DNA of 64,000 nucleotides from the NCBI GenBank assembly GCA_965213705.1, contig OZ243913.1, positions 3,584,001 to 3,648,000 of the forward strand, read 5' to 3'. How positions within the stretch are numbered: the first letter of the stretch is position 1; each line of letters begins with the position of its first letter. Below are positions 56,453 to 64,000 of this stretch, one piece after another. The notes under the pieces are model-generated. The model did no database searches. It was not told the DNA's origin and was given only the letters and a program-made list of their open reading frames with translations. The translations under genes and the position numbers were made by a program. Origin of the DNA: Trueperaceae bacterium (lineage in GTDB: Bacteria; Deinococcota; Deinococci; Deinococcales; Trueperaceae).

Positions 56453-57541
56453 TCAATTCCTTGTCATAACCTCATAGCCGATATTGGTCAACACCTGAAC
56501 CGCCCGCTTGAGTTGCGACTCGCTATCAAAGGCGAGCCGCACCGCGCCGCCGGTTTCACGGATGCCCAACACTTCGATGTCGTTGATGTTGATGTCCGCG
56601 CCGCCGAGCGCGCCGGTCATCTTGGCGAGTTCGCCGGGTTTGTCCGGCACGCCGACGACGATTTCATAGCGGGCGGGCAGCAAACTGCGCTTGACGATGG
56701 GGAAGCTGTCGCGGGTGCGCTTGGCGGCCTCGGCGCTCTCGAGCAGCTTTTCGGGGTCGTCAAGCGTTTCGGTGAGGTGCCCTAACTGCCGTTTCAGCGC
56801 TTCAAGCGCCTCGTGAATCGCCTCACGGTTGCCGAGCACCATGTCGCGGCTCATCGTCGGATTGCCCGAGGCGATGCGGGTGAGGTCGCGGTAGCCGCCT
56901 GCGGCGAGGAGCATCATCAGCTCTTTGTCCTCGTCCTCGGCAATCATTTGAGTGAGGGCGACGGCGGCGAGGTAGGGCACGTGGCTCACCGCGGCGACGA
57001 GCCGGTCGTGCTGCTCGGGGCGCACCTTGAGGGGTTTCGCGCCCAGGTGCGTGACGAACTCGCGTACCAATGCAAGCGCGGCGGGGTCGGTATTCTCACC
57101 CGGCGTCAGGGCCCAAACGGCGTTTTCCAGCAGCGCCGCCGAAGCGTTCTGCACGCCGCTCTTCTCGCTCCCCGCCATCGGGTGGCCGCCGACGAACCGC
57201 AAGTGGGACAGCGCGCGCACCACTTCGCCCTTGACGCTGCCCACGTCGGTCACAACCGTGTGACGGCCCAAAAAGGGCTCGAGGCTTTGCGCCAACGGCA
57301 CAATCGCCTTGGCGGGCGTTGCCAGGATGACGAGGTCGGCCGTTTGCAGCCACTCGCCCGGCGACAGCTTGGCCTCGTCGATGACGCCCATGCCCTGTGC
57401 GGCCTCGAGGGCTGCGGGATTCTGGTCCAGCCCGACGACGCGCTCGGCCAAAAAGCGCTGGCGCACGCCCAAGCCGACCGAGCCGCCGATGAGTCCGACG
57501 CCCGCGATGACGACGGTACTGAGCAACGGCGCGGGGTGCAT
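56453..57541 (-). CDS. tyrA: Prephenate dehydrogenase with ACT domain
   Basis: GVGLIGGS, DVGSVK, GGHPMAGSE, HDRLVA.VSH.P, RDLTRIA; ACT domain DKPGELA. Confidence 0.93.
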   Translation of the reverse strand: MHPAPLLSTVVIAGVGLIGGSVGLGVRQRFLAERVVGLDQNPAALEAAQGMGVIDEAKLSPGEWLQTADLVILATPAKAIVPLAQSLEPFLGRHTVVTDVGSVKGEVVRALSHLRFVGGHPMAGSEKSGVQNASAALLENAVWALTPGENTDPAALALVREFVTHLGAKPLKVRPEQHDRLVAAVSHVPYLAAVALTQMIAEDEDKELMMLLAAGGYRDLTRIASGNPTMSRDMVLGNREAIHEALEALKRQLGHLTETLDDPEKLLESAEAAKRTRDSFPIVKRSLLPARYEIVVGVPDKPGELAKMTGALGGADININDIEVLGIRETGGAVRLAFDSESQLKRAVQVLTNIGYEVMTRN

Positions 57542-57637
57542 AGGGACAAGTTGTATCACATCTGGAGTTTTTCGTTTTTGGTTACTCGTACTTCGTTTTT
57601 ACGAACTGCGAAGCGCGAGTAACGAACGACCTTTCCT

Positions 57638-58393
57638 TCAAACGTGGACGGGCTCGAGCCCCCGCACCTTCCCCTTCACCGCGTCCATAAACACCCTGAA
57701 CGGCGCGATTTGCTCGTCATAGCGGGCGAAACTCATTTCCGGGTGCCACTGGACGGCCAGGACGAAGGTCCGGCCCGTGCCTTCCGCGGCCTCGACGATG
57801 CCGTCTTGCGCCCAACCGGTCGCCCGCAACCCGTCGCCGAGGGCGTCAATCGCTTGGTGATGGTACGAGTTGGTGCGAATCGTCGTTGCGCCGTAGCTTT
57901 GCTCGAGCAGCGAGCCGGGCTCGAGCCTCACCTCGTGAAACAAGGTGCCGTCGATGTTGCGCTGGCCGTGCTGCACGGTGTCCGGCAGGGCGGGCAGGTG
58001 CTGGTGCAGCGTGCCGCCCTCGGCGACGTTGACGAGTTGGATGCCGCGGCAGATGCCCAAAACGGGGACGCCCTTGCGCTTCGCCGCCTTGTAAAGCGCC
58101 AGCTCGAACAGGTCACGCGCTTCGTCGACAATGCCCAAACTCTGCTGCGGCGTCTGCCCGAAAAAGTGCGGACTCACGTCCTCGCCGCCGCTCAGCAGCA
58201 AACCGTCTACGCTTTCGACAAAGTCGTCGGCAAGCTCGGGCGCGAGGTTGGTGGTAAACAGCGGCAGGCCGCCGCACTGCACGACGGCCTCGGCATAGTT
58301 GACGCCGCCTACCGCGTCCAAACGCCGCAAACCCTCGAGCCGCATCCGGGTCGCCGTGGTGATGAGAATACGCGGTTTGAAGGATGATTTCAT
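57638..58393 (-). CDS. Gamma-glutamyl-gamma-aminobutyrate hydrolase (PuuD/peptidase C26) family
   Basis: DGLLLSGG.DV.P, LGICRG.Q, NSYHHQA and VQWHPE motifs. Confidence 0.9.
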   Translation of the reverse strand: MKSSFKPRILITTATRMRLEGLRRLDAVGGVNYAEAVVQCGGLPLFTTNLAPELADDFVESVDGLLLSGGEDVSPHFFGQTPQQSLGIVDEARDLFELALYKAAKRKGVPVLGICRGIQLVNVAEGGTLHQHLPALPDTVQHGQRNIDGTLFHEVRLEPGSLLEQSYGATTIRTNSYHHQAIDALGDGLRATGWAQDGIVEAAEGTGRTFVLAVQWHPEMSFARYDEQIAPFRVFMDAVKGKVRGLEPVHV

Positions 58394-58455
58394 GCGGCTG
58401 AGCATAGCAGAAAAGCGCCGAGCCTTAGGGTCAGATTTGACGCAGTCCAGCTCTT

Positions 58456-58488
58456 CTACTCGGTACTTTCCACTCGGTCCTCGGTACT
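58456..58488. repeat. ACTCGGT heptamer cluster
   Basis: CTACTCGGTACTTTCCACTCGGTCCTCGGTACT just downstream of the Rrf2 gene. Confidence 0.65.
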
Positions 58489-58492
58489 GCCC

Positions 58493-58960
58493 TCAAGCGT
58501 TCGGCCCGAGCAGGTGCTCCAAGCAGGGTTCGTAGGTGACGCCCTGCCGAAAATCTTCAGCCAGGTCTGCCACGGTGACTTCGGCTAGGACCTCGAGCAG
58601 GGCGTCGCGCACCCGCAGCCAGACGCTGTTGCGGGCGTGGCAGCGCCGCTCGACGACACAAGCTTTATGCCAGTTGAGGCTCACGCACGACAGCGGCGCG
58701 ACGGGGCCGTCGATGGCCCGCATCACGTCGCGCAAGCTGATTTCGTGCGCGGGCCGCGCCAGCGCGTAACCGCCGCCGGTGCCTTTTTTGGAAATGACGA
58801 TGTCGCTTGCGCACAGCGTCGCTAAAATCCGCACGAGGTAGGGCCGCGCCACGTTCACGGCCTCGCTGATGGCGTCGCTGCCGGTCCAGCGGTTGATGGG
58901 CACGGTGCCCAGGTAGCCGAGCGCCTGGAACGCGTAAATATCCGTCGCTGAAAGCCGCAT
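58493..58960 (-). CDS. Rrf2 family transcriptional regulator with three Cys (IscR-like Fe-S ligands)
   Basis: YL.RIL..L...IV.SKKG.GGGY.LAR, IDGP..PLSC, C.....C. Confidence 0.92.
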   Translation of the reverse strand: MRLSATDIYAFQALGYLGTVPINRWTGSDAISEAVNVARPYLVRILATLCASDIVISKKGTGGGYALARPAHEISLRDVMRAIDGPVAPLSCVSLNWHKACVVERRCHARNSVWLRVRDALLEVLAEVTVADLAEDFRQGVTYEPCLEHLLGPNA

Positions 58961-59135
58961 AGGAAAGTATACCAAGCCCAAGACCGAGGCTCGAGCCTGA
59001 ACTTTGGAGGGCGCGAACTCTCACGCCTCGCCGTATTCAAACCCCTACTTTCCACTTTTAACTCGGTACTTTCGGTTCTGACCGAATCTTGCCGACGTCT
59101 GCGCATCCTGAATCGTCGAGTGTCGTCCTGAGTCG

Positions 59136-59738
59136 TTAAGTATCGTCCCACTCGTATTCCATACGCCGCGCCGTCCACTCGGCCGTGTTTTGTCCGTGCA
59201 GCTTGGCGACGACGTGGAGCGCCATGTCGATGCCCGCCGAAACCCCCGCCGAGGTGACGATGCGCCCTTCGTCTACAAAACGGGTGTTCTCGAGCATCGC
59301 TACTTGTGGATACGTTTCGCGCATGAAGTCGATGCTGCCCCAATGCGTGGCGGCGCGTTTACCGTCCAGCAAACCCTTTTCAGCAAGTAAAAACGCACCC
59401 GTGCAAACGCTCAAGGTAAGTTCGGTGTGGGCGTCCTGCGCCTCAATCCAGGCCAACAGCGTTTGGTTGTGCCGCTCACGCCGTGTACCGCGACCGCCGG
59501 GCACGACGATGACGTCGAACTGCGGCGCGTTTTCAAACGTGTAGTGGGGTTTGACGAGCAACCCGCCGCGACAGGCAACCGTTTCGTCCTGTTCCGCCAC
59601 CGTGAAAACTTGAAAAAGCCGCGCCGTGTCGTCGTCCGTACCTTCCGGTCGGGCGACCGAAAAGACTTCGAAGGGGCCGCAGAAGTCGAGGACTTCGACT
59701 TCGTCAAAAATAAGAATGCCGACGCTGCGCGGGGTCAT
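59136..59738 (-). CDS. DJ-1/PfpI family protein
   Basis: EVLDFCGPFEVF, VPGG, SVCTGA, ATHW and TSAGVSAGIDMAL motifs. Confidence 0.92.
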   Translation of the reverse strand: MTPRSVGILIFDEVEVLDFCGPFEVFSVARPEGTDDDTARLFQVFTVAEQDETVACRGGLLVKPHYTFENAPQFDVIVVPGGRGTRRERHNQTLLAWIEAQDAHTELTLSVCTGAFLLAEKGLLDGKRAATHWGSIDFMRETYPQVAMLENTRFVDEGRIVTSAGVSAGIDMALHVVAKLHGQNTAEWTARRMEYEWDDT

Positions 59739-59797
59739 AGCGGCAGTATAACTGTTGGTAGCGAACTGCTGACAGCCTGGTTTTCACAACACCACGC

Positions 59798-60124
59798 TTA
59801 AAGAAATGCAGCGGCAAAAGCGGCCAGGACGAGTACCACGGCCCAATACTCCATTTTGACCCAGAAGAGCGCGTGGTGAGGCCGCACGACGAACTCTTCG
59901 CCGGTCGCCTTGTCGACCAACCTGCGACCCGGTTTGCCGTTGAGGTAGCGGCCCAAAAACCAAACCACCGCGGCCGCGCTCAGGAGGGCGGCGGCTTGCA
60001 GTGACGAGTGCGCCGTGTAAAAACCCTCTACCCCCGTCACGGCGTCGGCGACGGCCTGGGTAAGCAGAAGAATTGCAAAAGCGATGACGGGGACTAAAAT
60101 GCCCAAGCCGTTCCAGACGATCAT
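59798..60124 (-). CDS. Hypothetical membrane protein
   Basis: IVW.G.GILV, DKATGEE, HALFWVKMEYW; GGAGG RBS. Confidence 0.75.
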   Translation of the reverse strand: MIVWNGLGILVPVIAFAILLLTQAVADAVTGVEGFYTAHSSLQAAALLSAAAVVWFLGRYLNGKPGRRLVDKATGEEFVVRPHHALFWVKMEYWAVVLVLAAFAAAFL

Positions 60125-60162
60125 GACAGTCCTCCAGGTTTAACTACCTTACGCACAGCCGC

Positions 60163-60366
60163 TCAGTTCAGCAGGCGTTCAGGCGTCAGGTTGAGCGGCG
60201 CTTCCTCGTCGGTTTCCAAGTAGAGGTAGTCGTCGATGGCCTCGAGCAACTCGCGCAGCCGCGGGTCGTCGACGAGGGCGTCGCAAAGTGCGAGTTGTTC
60301 CGCCGCCGTGAGCGCGGCCAGTTCGTCGATAAGGTCTTTTAGAGTAAGCCGCTTCGGCACAGTCAA
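60163..60366 (-). CDS. Small acidic hypothetical protein
   Basis: Host-like codon usage, helical and acidic; no family recognised. Confidence 0.55.
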   Translation of the reverse strand: MTVPKRLTLKDLIDELAALTAAEQLALCDALVDDPRLRELLEAIDDYLYLETDEEAPLNLTPERLLN

Positions 60367-60470
60367 GTGTACTCGTTTTGGGTGCAGGTGCCGGCGTTTT
60401 CTAGCAAACCTCGAGTGCGGCTCCTCGGAGGATGTGTCATACTTAGCCCCGACGTTCTAGGGAGGTCGCT

Positions 60471-61694
60471 ATGCCGGGCATCGCCATCATCGGCGCGCAG
60501 TGGGGAGACGAGGGCAAGGGAAAAGTGGTCGACGCGCTCGCGGGTGAGGCGGACCTTGTAGTGCGCTACTCGGGCGGGGCCAACGCGGGCCACACGGTCG
60601 TCGCCGGGGAAGAGGTATTCAAACTCCACCATTTACCTTGTGGCGTGCTGCACGAGCGCGCCGTCTCAGTCTTGGGCGGCGGCATGGTGGTGGACCCGTG
60701 GACGTTTCGAGACGAGTACACCGGCATGGCGGCCCGCCGCGACGTGGGCGAGGTGTATATTTCCCACGAGGCGCACGTGGTGTTGCCACATCACAAGAAA
60801 AACGACGAGGGCGGCGGTTTCGTCGGCACCACCGGGCGCGGAATAGGCCCGTGTTACTCGGACAAGGCGCGGCGCATCGGCTTGCGCTACGGTGACTTTT
60901 TAGACGAGGCGGTGCTGCGTGAACGGTTGGAGCGGTTGCTCGAGGCCAAACCGAACTCGACCGCGCGCGTCGGCTGGACGGACGTAGACACGGCTTTTGA
61001 AGCTTTGGCGGAGGTGCGCGACTTCGTCCTCCCCTTCGTCTGCGATACCGGCGAACTGGTCAGGAACGCCATCCAGCACAATAAAAAAGTGCTATTCGAG
61101 GGCGGGCAGGGCACGATGCTCGACCTCAGCTACGGCACCTACCCGTTCGTGACGAGTTCGCACCCGACCGTCGGCGGCATTTTGGTGGGCGCGGGCGTGA
61201 GCCACAAGGCGCTCGGCGGCGTCTACGGCGTGGTTAAAGCGTTCACCAGCCGGGTGGGCCACGGCCCCTTCGTAACCGAACTGGACGGCGACATGGCGCT
61301 GCGCTTGCGCGGCACGGGCGACAAAATCGGCGACGAGTACGGCACCACCACCGGGCGACCGCGCCGGGTGGGTTGGCTCGACTTGGTTCAACTCAAGTAC
61401 GCCTGCGACATAAACGGTTTCGACGGCCTCGTAGTGACCAAGCTCGACATTTTGGCCGGTCTGGACGAGGTCAAGGTTTGCGTCGCCTATGAGGACGGAC
61501 CGGTGTACGAGTCGCTGCTCGGTTGGGGCAACCTGGCCGGACTGGGCCACCGTAAGGCCCTGCCGAAAGAAGTCATCGCTTATTTGGAACTCATCGAAGC
61601 CTTTACCGGCGTACCGGTGAGCATGTTTTCCACTAGTCCCCACCGTACCGATACCTACGGTGAGGTCGCCTGGAGCCAAGCTGTAGCGGTATGA
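60471..61694 (+). CDS. purA: Adenylosuccinate synthetase
   Basis: GAQWGDEGKGK, GGANAGHT, GTTGRGIGP, GTYPFVTSS and TTGRPRRVGWLD motifs. Confidence 0.97.
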   Translation: MPGIAIIGAQWGDEGKGKVVDALAGEADLVVRYSGGANAGHTVVAGEEVFKLHHLPCGVLHERAVSVLGGGMVVDPWTFRDEYTGMAARRDVGEVYISHEAHVVLPHHKKNDEGGGFVGTTGRGIGPCYSDKARRIGLRYGDFLDEAVLRERLERLLEAKPNSTARVGWTDVDTAFEALAEVRDFVLPFVCDTGELVRNAIQHNKKVLFEGGQGTMLDLSYGTYPFVTSSHPTVGGILVGAGVSHKALGGVYGVVKAFTSRVGHGPFVTELDGDMALRLRGTGDKIGDEYGTTTGRPRRVGWLDLVQLKYACDINGFDGLVVTKLDILAGLDEVKVCVAYEDGPVYESLLGWGNLAGLGHRKALPKEVIAYLELIEAFTGVPVSMFSTSPHRTDTYGEVAWSQAVAV

Positions 61695-61704
61695 GCGTTT
61701 CCCC

Positions 61705-62253
61705 GTGAGTCTACCGGCGTCGCGCCGCAAGTACGCCGACCGCACGAGGTGGGTGCGTGTTCTCGAGCGCTCCTTTGCGGTGAGGCGGCTCGAGGCCTCA
61801 AATTTCAGTGGCTACGTGACGCGCCTCGACATCGTCAAGGTGCTCGAGCCGCTCTACAAAACTTCGGTCGGGCGGCGCTTGTGCCTCGCCGACGCGGGTT
61901 ACACCTGGCTGCAGCACTTTCCCGATAGCGAACGCTACTGCATGACGACCGTGCTGAATCCGGTGGGCGAAGTGGTCCACTTTTACATCGACGTGGCCGA
62001 CACAACGGGCGTGAGCGAGGAAAACGTGCCCTGGTGGGACGACCTTTACTTAGACGTTCTCGTCGTGCGGGGTGTAGGCTCGGAAATCGTGGACGAGGAC
62101 GATTTAGAACAAGGTTTGGCCGAAGGTGTGGTTACCGAAGGGGATGCGGAGAGGGCTCGAGCCGAAGCGAAGCGCCTCAGAGGCCTCATCGACGCCGACG
62201 ATTTCCCACTCTTAAAGCTCGCTCCACACCATGCTGGTTTGTTCGAGGATTAA
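61705..62253 (+). CDS. DUF402 domain protein
   Basis: FYIDV, DDLYLDV, DEDDL..GL.EG acidic motifs. Confidence 0.75.
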   Translation: MSLPASRRKYADRTRWVRVLERSFAVRRLEASNFSGYVTRLDIVKVLEPLYKTSVGRRLCLADAGYTWLQHFPDSERYCMTTVLNPVGEVVHFYIDVADTTGVSEENVPWWDDLYLDVLVVRGVGSEIVDEDDLEQGLAEGVVTEGDAERARAEAKRLRGLIDADDFPLLKLAPHHAGLFED

Positions 62254-62305
62254 ACTCGAGTGACCCGTGTTTTTAAATTTCTACAAGCCACTCGCTACAA
62301 GCCTC

Positions 62306-63448
62306 TTACCGCTCTTCAACCGGCGTAAACGTTTTCCCCATCGGTCCTTCGTAAACCAAGCGCGGGCGCATAATGCGGTTGTCGGCGTACTGCTCGAACA
62401 AATGTGCCATCCAGCCGCTGATTCGCGCCACGGCGAAAATCGGCGTGTACAGGTCGGGCGGAAAGCCGAGCATCCGGTAAACGCTGGCCGAGAAAAAGTC
62501 CACGTTCGGCTTGACCTGCGAGCCCTTTTTGTCCATCTCGCGCGCCATGACGCGCTCCATCTCTAAGCTCATGTCGAACCACTTGCTGTCGCCGGACTCT
62601 TCGGCGAGGTCGTGCGAGACCTCTTTGAGGATGATGGCGCGCGGGTCGAGCACGCGGTAAACGCGGTGGCCGAAACCCATCACGCGGCCTTTGGGTTTGG
62701 CAAGCGTGTCCATGACGTACTGCTCGACGCCCTCGACGCTGCCGATTTTCTCTAAGGCATTCATCACCGCCGAGTTCGCGCCGCCGTGGAGCGGACCCTT
62801 GAGCGAGGCGACCGCCGCCGTGACGGCGCTGTACGTGTCGGTGAGGGTCGAGGCGGTGGCGCGGGCCGTAAACGTGCTCGCGTTCGAGCCGTGTTCGGCG
62901 TGGAGCACCAGCGCCACGTCCATCACGCGGGTCGCCGCTTCGCTCGGTTTTTCGCCGTTCAACATGTACAAAAAGTTGCCGGCAATGCTCAGTTCGGGGT
63001 CAGGCTGCACGGTTTCTTTGCCGTCGCGGATGCGCGCGTAGGCGGCGACGACCGTCGGGAACTGGGCTAGCAGCCGAAACCCGATGCGGCGGACGTTGTC
63101 CAGGTCCACGCCGTCGGCCTCGGGGTCGAAACTCGCCAGCATCGCCACAGCGGTTAAGACCGCGTGCATCGGATGGATGCCTTCGGGCAGGCTCGAGAGC
63201 ATGTCGCACACTGGATCGGGAATCCCGAAGTTCGGTTTGATTTGGTCTTTAAACGCACTCAGTTCTTGCTCGGTCGGTAAATCGTCGTTCCAGAGCAGGT
63301 AGGTCGTTTCTTCGAAGCTCACCCTATCGGCGAGTTCGCGGATGTCGTAGCCGCGGTAGACGAGTTCGCCTTTCAGCCCGTCGATGCTCGAGATGCTGCT
63401 CGCGTCGATGTTGACGCCGTCCAAGCCGCGGTGAATCGTGTCTGACAT
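62306..63448 (-). CDS. gltA: Citrate synthase (possibly 2-methylcitrate synthase)
   Basis: HAEH..NASTF, GPLHGGAN, MGFGHRVY..DPRA, PNVDF and FAVAR.SGW motifs; GGAGG RBS. Confidence 0.93.
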   Translation of the reverse strand: MSDTIHRGLDGVNIDASSISSIDGLKGELVYRGYDIRELADRVSFEETTYLLWNDDLPTEQELSAFKDQIKPNFGIPDPVCDMLSSLPEGIHPMHAVLTAVAMLASFDPEADGVDLDNVRRIGFRLLAQFPTVVAAYARIRDGKETVQPDPELSIAGNFLYMLNGEKPSEAATRVMDVALVLHAEHGSNASTFTARATASTLTDTYSAVTAAVASLKGPLHGGANSAVMNALEKIGSVEGVEQYVMDTLAKPKGRVMGFGHRVYRVLDPRAIILKEVSHDLAEESGDSKWFDMSLEMERVMAREMDKKGSQVKPNVDFFSASVYRMLGFPPDLYTPIFAVARISGWMAHLFEQYADNRIMRPRLVYEGPMGKTFTPVEER

Positions 63449-63770
63449 TCGTCCTCCAGGAAAATAGTAGGCACCTCGCTCGAGGCGCGCTTGCAAAGTG
63501 GTGCCGGCCCTTACTTGCACACTTTAGACCCCGCAGTCTACCAATATTCTGTAAGTGAGGATGTAGGTGGGAAAGAAGCCGGTCCCAACCCCAAACGAAC
63601 GCGCCCTCGTCGACTTGACCGAGGGTGCGTCAGGACGGTTTGGAACGACAGTGTCAGGCGGAGCGAACCGGCGCCAAAATCGCCTCGCCTTACTTACGTT
63701 CTAACTCGTCAGGCACCAGCGACTTCAAACCTGTAGAACCTGCACCGGACAGTCGGAAAAACTTGCAGGT

Positions 63771-64000
63771 CTAACCCCGGCTACGCTCGAGCAAGGTCAT
63801 CATAATTAAGGACATGACAATCAGCAGGTCGTCCTCGTTTTCCCCGTACCGCTCAACGGAAAACTTGCGACCGAAAAACGAGGGCTGCTTGCGCAGGGTG
63901 TAGCGGCGGGTGCCCGAACCGTCCACGACGTCGTAGTGCGGGTTCAGCAGGTAGCCCGTGAACATGCCGACAATCGGAACCTCGCTCACGAGTTCGTCCA
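63771..64000 (-). CDS. C-terminal part of a hypothetical (LURP-one/scramblase-like) protein; gene starts beyond the right edge
   Basis: GMFTGYLLNPHY.V...LRKQPSFFGRKFSV...MMTLLERSRG*. Confidence 0.55.
   Translation of the reverse strand, partial: DELVSEVPIVGMFTGYLLNPHYDVVDGSGTRRYTLRKQPSFFGRKFSVERYGENEDDLLIVMSLIMMTLLERSRG

Noticed and set aside
63540..63700. tRNA or SRP RNA
   Set aside because: No GTTCGA T-loop cloverleaf and no SRP CAGG..GGAAG..AGCAG motif; retained only as an unassigned hairpin.

Overview
High-GC chromosomal window, most likely from a Deinococcota bacterium (Trueperaceae-like). This is inferred from a Taq-like PolA, BamA/LptD/LptFG together with DivIVA, and pervasive leaderless genes. 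The backbone is housekeeping and metabolic: aguA/aguB, bamA, PNP, yggS, divIVA, sufU, lptFG/lptD-like, plsX, tyrS, ClC, rplM-rpsI, uppP, gltX, ftsY, treZ, polA, malK-like, ilvD, moaA, tyrA, purA and citrate synthase. No rRNA, tRNA, CRISPR array, transposase or integrase was found. The main signal is a ~6 kb accessory block just downstream of polA (36.2-42.4 kb). It holds five different toxin-antitoxin modules (VapBC, DUF433/DUF5615, FicTA, a second VapBC, and an antitoxin with MazF), punctuated by six same-orientation 47-67 bp repeats that start at CTCGAG and end at CTCGAG or a one-base variant. The junctions (a chimeric antitoxin, truncated antitoxin remnants, and a 48-bp perfect direct repeat around the Fic module) suggest cassette exchange at CTCGAG. 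That palindrome is strongly over-represented in the window, HIP1-like, and absent from the low-GC inserts. The array ends in an AT-rich two-gene candidate defence module: a double zinc-ribbon/wHTH protein and a HEPN-like RxxxxxxH protein split by a 1-nt frameshift. Several toxins elsewhere are pseudogenised or missing while antitoxins persist. All annotation is by motif recognition; no database searches were run.
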